Shown: positions 48,950 through 56,967 of the stretch, piece after piece
Position numbering within the stretch: the first letter of the stretch is position 1
Layout: every line of letters starts with the position of its first letter
Origin: Chiloscyllium plagiosum
Taxonomy: Eukaryota
Reading direction: 5' to 3'
NCBI RefSeq assembly: GCF_004010195.1
Contig: NC_057720.1
Span: 28,597,971-28,654,937 of the forward strand
Length of the DNA stretch: 56,967 nt
Made by a program: the position numbers and the translations under genes
The notes under the pieces: model-generated
The model's database searches: none
The model's input: only the letters and a program-made list of their open reading frames with translations
Told to the model about the DNA's origin: nothing

Positions 48950-49850
48950 AAGACAATGACTTGCACCATGGCTGTCAGCTCTGTGTTGGGCATCATCTGG
49001 TGAGGCTTAAGAGTCCCATTCTGGCATGACAGTCTCTGCTGAACTTGATGCAGAAGAAGACAGCACACTGAGAAGAGACAGGGCCCACTGGCCTCTATTT
49101 CTTCTGGGCCCTCTTCTTGACAAGCTAAGTGTTTTGATAATGTTTGCCTCCTCCAATGCCCTTCCAAACAGTTGTCCTCCAGAGGTCACAGCTGTCAGTG
49201 ACTATGTCCAAGCTGTCAGTTCATAATTGGTTCATAATTACTCACAAGTGTCCTTGTATCAGAGTTATGGATTCCCAGGAAGTAGTGATCCAGTGGCCAA
49301 CTCATCACGTCAAAGATCTGTGGATATGCAGCTGTCATCTATGTGTGAGGCTGACCCAGTGCAGACATGACTGGTTTAGCATTAAGTGCATGATGATGGA
49401 ATTTAAATGCTCCAGATATTGAGCAATTTTCAAGAGATGCCAAGGATACGTCTGAGACTGTGAAGTGGAAATTGTTCATTGTTTCCTCCTACCTAACATA
49501 TCAATGCTGTAAAGACTGTAAAGGAATGCTTTGAGGCCACAGGTTTATTGGTTTGCAGTTTGGTGTTTCAGTAAGGCTGCTGTCGTTCCACACTCTCCTT
49601 CTCGATTTGGAAAAACAGTACAGGTTTAATGCTGAGGATGTGGATTTAGCCTCAAGCGACAAATTGCCAATGATTGTGGAGCCTAGATATTGAAATCATG
49701 AACAGTGTCTCCAGCATCGCGCTGTCAGTGCTAGTTGATGCTGATGTACCAAACTACCAGATATTGGTGAATAGCTTCCAGGCATCTTAAGAAAATTGAA
49801 AGCTAAGCCCTGACAGAAAAAAAAATCTGTAGTGGAGTGCAAAGGCTAAA
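48950..49850 (-). mobile_element. decayed RTE-like LINE 3' fragment
   Basis: Minus strand ~49240-49370 gives LHWVS...DDSCISTDL..DELATG...G.P...YKDTC, resembling RTE RLRW.GHV.RM...GRP..RYKD. Confidence 0.55.
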
Positions 49851-50929
49851 TCGTGTCTAAACATGACGTTTTGCTAGCAACTCCTGAAACTCAGCTGACA
49901 CCAAATATAGTGCTTTGCATTCATTTGAATTCAAATGGGTCAAGAGAAGACTCTGATGTTTGGATGTTCAAATGCTGTCAATATAAAGTCATGGTATTTG
50001 GAATGCAAAATGCACCAATAACTTTTCAATGACTAATGAAAAATGGTTATTGAAGGATTATGCAATGTACACAGACAATTTGTTTCAGCCGAATCTACAA
50101 GGAACATTCACCACATTTAAACTATTGATTGATTGATTGTAAAGAGTTACTTGGTCAAAAACTTGGCTAAAACTGAATTTGACAGAGTAAAAGTAATTTA
50201 TTTGGACCACAATATAGGACAAGACCAGGTAGCACCCAGAAAAATGAAAGTAAAGGCTGTCTTGGACTAGCCTGTCCCAAGACAAAAAAGGCATTTTATA
50301 ATATGTTATGAATGAATTTCATGGTTGGTGGTTCTGAATTTAAGCACTGCAGTACTTCCATTGACAAGTTTGTTTAAATAAAAAAAAACAAGGCATTTGA
50401 ATGGAGAAAGGAATGTCAGAGTGCCTTTGACAGCTTGAAAGTTATAATTATTACTGCACTGGTTTTAGCACTGAAGTTTGTTAAGCCTTTGAAACAAGAT
50501 GTTGATGACAGCAACACAGGTACTGGTGCAATGTTCTTTCAAGAAGGCAATCTGAGGTTTGAGTGACCAATCAATTACTTTTCATGTAAAATAAATTGCA
50601 GGTATAGTGATCATCGAAGAAGGTAAACTTAGAGCACAATAGAATCGTGATCAGATCGGCTAACAGGCTGAGGAGTGACAGATAGATTAATTTAGTTAAG
50701 TGTGAGGTGTTGCATTTTGTAAGGGACAGGACTTTTAGACTTAATGGTAAGGTCCTGGGGAGTGTTGTTGAACAAAGAGACCTTGGAGTGCTGGTTCATA
50801 GTTCCTTGAAAGTGGAGTCGAAGGTAGGTAGGATAGTGAAGAAAGTGTTTGGTGTGCTTGCCTTTATTAGTCAGAGTTTTGAGTACAGGAGTTAGGAAGT
50901 CATGTTGCAGCTGTACAGGATATTCATTT

Positions 50930-51115
50930 AGGAGAAAGTGAGGACTGCAGATGCTGGAGATCAGAGCTGAAAAATGTGTTGCTGGAAAAGCGCAGCAGGT
51001 CAGGCAGCATCCAAGGAGCAGGAGAATCGACGTTTCGGGCATAAGCCACCTGTGTTGCTGTCATCAACATTCCTGAAGAAGGGCTTATGCCCGAAACGTC
51101 GATTCTCCTGCTCCT
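50930..51115 (-). mobile_element. Penelope-like ORF-less inverted pLTR insertion
   Basis: Perfect 14-bp TSD CAGGATATTCATTT at 50916-50929 and 51116-51129. Confidence 0.9.
51070..51105 (+). ncRNA. minimal hammerhead ribozyme motif, intact
   Basis: UUC CUGAAGA A GGGC UUAU GCCC GAAAC GUC GAUUC. Confidence 0.75.
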
Positions 51116-52699
51116 CAGGATATTCATTTGGCCAGTTTTGGAATACTGCGTGCAATTCTGGTCTCCCTGCTATAGGAAGAATATTGTGAAACATGAAAGA
51201 GTTCAGAAAAGATTTGCAAGGATGTTGCCAGGGTTGGAGGGTTTGAGCTATGGAGAGAGGCTGAAGAGGCTGGGGTTATTTTCCTGGAGCATCGGAGGCT
51301 GATGGGTGACCTTATAGAAGTTTATAAAATCATGAGGGGCATGGATAGGTTAAATATGCAAGTTCTTTTCCTTGGGTGGGCGAGTCCAAAAATGGAGGGC
51401 ATAGATTTAAGGTGAGAGGAGAACAATTTAAAAGGGACATAAGAGGCAACTTTATCACACAGAGAGTGGTACTTGTGTGGATTGAGCTGCCAGAGGAAGT
51501 GGTGGAGGCTGGTACAATTACAGCATTTAAAAAGCATCTGGATGGGTATATGAATAGGAAGGGTTTAGAGGGATATAGGCCTAATGCTGGCAAATTTAGG
51601 ATATATAGTTGGCATGGATGAATTGGATTGAAGGGTCTGCTTCCATGCTGTACAGCTCTATGACTCTATGAAGCAAGCCATGAAAATATTTAATTGTGGA
51701 AAAAGAGACTTTGAGTTTGGTGTTGGCTTTAAATGCTTTGAAGCCGACAAATCAAACAACTCTGCAGAGATGACTATGTACACAAATCACAATCCTTTAA
51801 CTTATCTCTTGAAATTTCACAACTAAAATCTTTTTAATTGGAGTTTTATGCTAAAACCGCATTATTTGAAAATAATTCAGATAGTAGTGAGAGAAAATAT
51901 GTTAGCAGATTCTTTAACAAAAACTAACATGGAGGAAAATTAATATCATGATAAAAAGTAAATGGTGAAAATAGACTTATGTAGATTATAATCATTTTGG
52001 AAAGTCCTTGCATACTTAATGTAAATATATTGTTGCTATTGAAGTAAAATCTAGGAATAGAAATAACCATAAGAGGAAATTATAGTAGGTCTGTGAAAAT
52101 ATCTCTTAAAGACAGCTGTTCATTTTTTGTTGTGTGATGAAGGCTCATAGTATGGTATTATTTAGAAACCTAAGTTTTAAATTGAAGGAAAAACAATTTT
52201 AGTTTACACTTCTTTGACCACCAATATTTATTCTGAGAAATCAGAAAATGACTTTGGAACAGTGAGCTAAAGACTGCATTTTTAGCTGTCTTTAAGATGT
52301 AGTTTCATGTCATATTATGATAGCAAAATGACTAGAAAACTCTTGGAGAGGAGAACAGAGAAAAGTTGCTAATGTGTTTTCTCTCATTTTTCCAACCGAG
52401 AGAGATGGAGAGAGAAGCCCAGAAGGTCTATTCTGCCCAGAAACACATTCTTCCAGAAAGATGACATCCCCAACTACAGAAGTGTAGTTATTGGCAATCC
52501 AAGGAGTTAGGGATGATGGAAAAAGTCCTAAGTGGCTTGGAAGAAAACTCCAAAACCATAAGAGTGTAGAAGTGTCAGAGGGGAAAGGATCTCCTCCAAT
52601 GCAGTTGGGAACTAATTAGGGAATTAAATTAGGGAACTAATGTCCAGTAGCAAGTGAGTTGAGTTGGCAGATTGTATGAGGTCTCAATAAGAGACATCA

Positions 52700-54430
52700 G
52701 CCAAAGAAAATAATATTAAGTGAATATAGAAATTTGCCAAAAGAAATTGATTACAGCTTCACTTGCTGAACAAGGAGCTTTAGCATGGAGATAAGGATGA
52801 AGCTGTGGAGGACAAGTTTCTGGAATATTTAAGAGATTTTTTTAGATCAGCATGTTGAAGAGACAACAAGAGGATTTATTATTTTGGACCTATTAGAAGT
52901 AGAATTAGAATTCCTACAGTGTGGAAACAGGCCCTTCAGCCCAACAGGTCCACACCAATCCTCTGAAGAGTAACCCACCCAAACCCATTCCCCTACCCTT
53001 AATTTGCCTAATGCACCGAACCGACACATCCCTGAACACTATGGGCAATTTAGCATGGCCAATTGACCATTCCTGCACATCTTTAGATTGTGGGAGAAAA
53101 CCAGAGCACCCAGAGGAAATCCATACAGACACAGGGAGAATATGCAAACTCCCCACAGACAGTTGCCTGAGGCTGGAATCAAACACAGTCCCTGGTGCTG
53201 TGAGGCAGTAGTGCTAACCACTGAGCTATTGTGCCGCTCCATTGTGTAAGGAAAACAGATTAATTCATAATCATGTTGTAAAAGATCCTTTAGGGATGTC
53301 TGACTGCTGTATGATGGAAATTCACATCATGTCCGAGAGAGTGTCAGTTCAGGGTATTAAATATGAATAAGGAAATTACGAAGCCATGAAGCATAGATTG
53401 GCTGAACTAGATAGGGCAAACACATCAAAAGACATGACTAAACGTAGGCAATGGACAGTGTTTAAGTAGTGATTACATGTCTTCAGCAACTAAAATTCAA
53501 AAATGTTCAGCAAACCAATGGAAATTAGGATTCTTGAAGAGAAAAAAAGGAAAGGCTAATAGGTTGGCCACAAATAGTGATACATCTGTGGATTGGGAAA
53601 GTTACATAATACAACAAAAGGAGGCGCAAGAAGCTGATAAGAAAAGCAAGAGTTGAATATGAATACAATCAGGTAAACAAAACCAAAAATGAACTATAAA
53701 AGTTTCTACAGGTATATTAAAAAGATATTTTGCTAAAACAAATGTAGACCCATTAATACCAGAGTCGGAAGAATTTATAATTTAAGATGCAAGAAATATC
53801 TCAGAATTAGAGATCCAAGTAACTTGGGAGAGCGAAGAGTTGGCGAAAATTAGTATGAGTAAAAATATTCCACTGGAAAAAAATTCTGGGCTGAAACTTG
53901 ATAAGCTGCTGGGACCTGATAATCTACAATCTACAGTATTGAAGGAGGTGGCTATAGAAATGGTCAAGACATTTGTGATCATCTTCCAAACGTACATTCC
54001 AAACTTTGGAATGATTCCTGCAGATTGGAAGCTTGCAAATGTTACCCTATTATTTTAGAAAGGAGCAAGAGAAAAATATTCAGGGAACCAAATACCCATC
54101 AACCTTATGTCTGGCAGTTGGACAAATGTATCTATCATAAAAGAAGTGATAAATGGGCTCTTGGATAAAAATGATCTGGTAGGCCATAGTCAACATGAAT
54201 TTGTGAATGGGATATCATGTTTGAGAAACTTAGATACTTTGAGGAAGTTCCTAACAAAATTGATAAAGGGCAGTTAATGGATGCAATATATTTGGATTTC
54301 GACTTTGATAAGATTGGTTGGCAAAATTAAAACACATGGTTTAAGAAATAATGTACTGGTATGGATTAAGGTTTGGATAACAGAGAAAACAGAAAGTAGG
54401 AATAAAAGGTTATACTTGCATTGACAGACT
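52700..54430 (+). mobile_element. old CR1 ORF2 internal fragment (endonuclease end, linker, RT start)
   Basis: QHVEETTR..ILDL; GPDNLQSTVLKEVA...IPADWKLANVTLLF; DAIYLDF. Confidence 0.8.
52900..53240 (-). mobile_element. HE1-like SINE, full length, nested in CR1
   Basis: Reverse complement GGCACAATAGCTCAGTGGTTAGCACTACTGCCTCACAGCACCAGGGAC...TTTGATTCC; (TAGAAT)n tail. Confidence 0.9.
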
Positions 54431-56214
54431 GTCTTTAATCGCAGTTCCTTATTACTCCTTTGGTACGGCTTTTTGAGTCTGATTACCGGGAATTGCTTTG
54501 GGACATTTATCGATCAAAAAGGTGCTGTATAAATGGAAATAATTTTTGTTGATTTTGTTGATTTTAAAGTGTTTATCAGAGAAGGTCTCAAAAGCTGGCT
54601 AAGCTCCTGCAGCCATCAAGGAACAGGTTGCTCTGAGTACATGATCAAAATCATCAGAACTTGCACCAATCCAGTTTGGGAATAACAAGTACAACGCAGA
54701 CTGCTTGGGAAGCTATCATGCCCGTGTCATGTACTGGCACGTCACATAGCAGTCCAAAGTGAAGTGCAAGTTATATTGCCACTATTGTCAAAGAACAAGC
54801 CTCCCCTTAAACTATATAGTAATTTAATTGCCTCCACCTGGAAAAAAAAGATCAAACATAATAACTATATAAATTTGAATGATTGGCTTAAAAGAAACAG
54901 AATATACTCTCATAAGTAAAATATGACCTTGGAAGTCTTGTGATTTGTGTAAGATTTTCTAGTCCTGACAATTGATATTGGAAATTATAATTGTCTGCAT
55001 AGAAAGCATTCACTTCAGGGCAGATTTTTTTCACTGTCCCAAATCTGCAATGCAAAAGCCCAAAAACTGGCTTCTTGGTAAATGTCTCAATTTAGTGTTT
55101 CTGGATACTGTATTTTTCACACCAGCAACATGAATTGCCATATGATCTCCTCAGTCTTTGAGTTGACCAAGGTTGAATTCATGCAAGACCTATGTTTTCA
55201 ATAGACAGAGACTTTCGAGACTTTCATCCAGTCTGGATCAGATTTGAAACTAGGTCCCAGAAATGCAAAACCAGCCTTGTAACACATGATGACAGTAAGT
55301 CCCACACACTGCTGCTCTCTTCTTACAATCTGCCCTCTGGTCACAGCCACTTCAAGGCAAGTGTCGTTCTTTTGATAACAATTTTCCCCCAAATGGAACT
55401 TCTTTTTATGTTACCTTATCTAACGTTCTCATGGGAGGTATCTTGTGTCTGGCAGCATGTGGTGAACATGTCCCCAAATTCTTTCAGCACTTGAACAGGA
55501 GAGAGGAGAATGTGTTCATGTTTCATGACAGTCTCCAGAGAGTTACCGATTGGTCTGCAGTGGCTGTTTTACTCAATGGCTTCAGGTTTCCAAAACTTTA
55601 AAGCAAAAGCCTGAAAGGATAAATGCTTTGAGGCACAGCACAGGAAAATTTTGAGCTTCCAATCCTCCTATGGGGCAGACTGGGCAAGCCTTTGAACTGT
55701 CAAACCCTCCGGCTAAGTGACCTATTGAAGTAGTAGATTGGTTCTACTTGACTTTTTATTTTAAACACGTTCAATAACTTAAAGTAGGTTGTTTGTTCTG
55801 ATGACAACTACTTAACTAGGATTTTCTGATCTTGCAGTTATTGATTGATATTTCTGTGCTATGAAAAGTACTGAGAATAGGTTTATACGGAACATAATAC
55901 TGGCAAGAGGCAGAACTACTTTATGTAGAATTCACTATTGGGCAATTATTTTCAGTAGAGCATATAAGTAAATAAAGGAGAAAAATAAACTTCCAAGTAA
56001 ATTTGAAGAAAATTCAAATGCGTTGAGCTGTTTTTGCTGCACCATTTAGGGAAGTCATGATTCAATCCTACTCTGTGCTGAATATTTTGATTTCAGCCAG
56101 GTGAATGGTGGGCAGTATAATTGGGTAGACAATCTCTAGATTAGGAAGAGAAAATTTGACTCTTGTTGGAACTGTATCTGGGAACACAGGGTGATAACAT
56201 GAATAGCGCTCAGA

Positions 56215-56967
56215 GATTTGGATGTGAATATAGGAGGTATGGTTATTAAGTTTGAAGATGACACTAAAGTTGGTGGTGTAGTAGACAGCGAAGAAGGTTA
56301 CTTCAGAGTACAACAGGACCTTGATCAGATGGGCTGATCAAGATAAGTGTCAGGTGCTACATTTTAGGAGGGCAAATCAGGGCAGGACTTACACACTTAA
56401 TGGTAAGGTCCTGGGGAGTTTTACTGAACAAAGAGACTTCGGAGTGCCAGTTTAGAGTTCCTTGAAAGTGAAGTTGCAGGGTAGTGAAGAAGGCGGTTGG
56501 TACGCTTGCTTTTATTGGTCAGTGCATTGAGTATAAGAGTTGGGACATCATGTTGCAGCTGTACAGGACATTTGTTCAGCCACTTTTGGAATACTGCATT
56601 CAATTCTGGACTCCGTGCTATAGGAAGCACGTTGTGAAACTTGAAAGGGTTCAGACAAGATTTACAAGAATGTTGCCAGGGTTGGAGGGTTTGAATTATA
56701 GGAAGAGGCTAAATAGGCTGGGACTATTTTCCCTGGAGCGTCAGAGGTTGAGGGGTGACCTTAAAGAAGTTTATAAAATCATAAAGGGCATGGATAGGGT
56801 GAATAGCCACAGTCTTTTCCCCAGAGTAGGAGAGTCCAAAAATGGAGAGCATAGGTTTAAGGCAAGAGGGGAATGATTTAAAAGGGACATAGGGGTAACC
56901 TTTTCATGCATAGGGCAATGCATGTATGGAATGAGCTGACAGAGTAAGTGGTGGAGGCTGATACTGG
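56215..56967 (+). mobile_element. CR1 LINE (HER1-type), running off the window
   Basis: KFEDDTK (mutated FADD); LYRTFVQPLLEYCIQFW...LGLFSLERQRLRGDL. Confidence 0.9.

Larger units (their letters stand above)
50593..51670 (+). mobile_element. CR1 LINE (HER1-type) 3' fragment
   Basis: EQRDLGVLVHSSLKV; LEYCVQFWSPCYRK; GHRFKVRGEQFKRD; CTCTATGACTCTATG tail. Confidence 0.9.
49880..51930 (+). mobile_element. decayed Gypsy pol (RT-RNase H) remnant, split by CR1
   Basis: VMVFGMQNAPITFQ (~49990) and VDDSNTGTGAMFFQE (~50500); after the CR1, YTNHNPLT (~51780) and RENMLADSL (~51890). Confidence 0.7.

Overview
Eukaryotic, repeat-rich vertebrate genomic DNA. The repeat content (HER1-type CR1 LINEs with (CTATGACT)n tails, HE1-type tRNA SINEs, Deu-domain SINEs, Penelope-like elements) points to a cartilaginous fish, probably an orectolobiform shark; this is inference. 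One host gene is supported: a spliced GDNF-family ligand (persephin/artemin-like) on the + strand. Its coding exons are at ~4339/4357-4603 and 10226-10683, with a probable upstream exon at 3718-3806. The rest is mostly decayed transposable elements: about 11 CR1 fragments, a degenerate two-LTR Gypsy element, solo LTRs, a Copia-like and an RTE-like remnant, SINEs and a 5S rRNA-like relic. The most notable system is about 11 Penelope-like (PLE) insertions from at least two families. Their pseudo-LTRs carry minimal hammerhead ribozyme motifs (CUGAAGA-A-GGGC-UUAU-GCCC-GAAACGUC). Several are tiny (~145-230 bp) ORF-less inverted-repeat insertions with 14-15 bp TSDs and shared breakpoints. All family assignments are by eye; no database searches were run.
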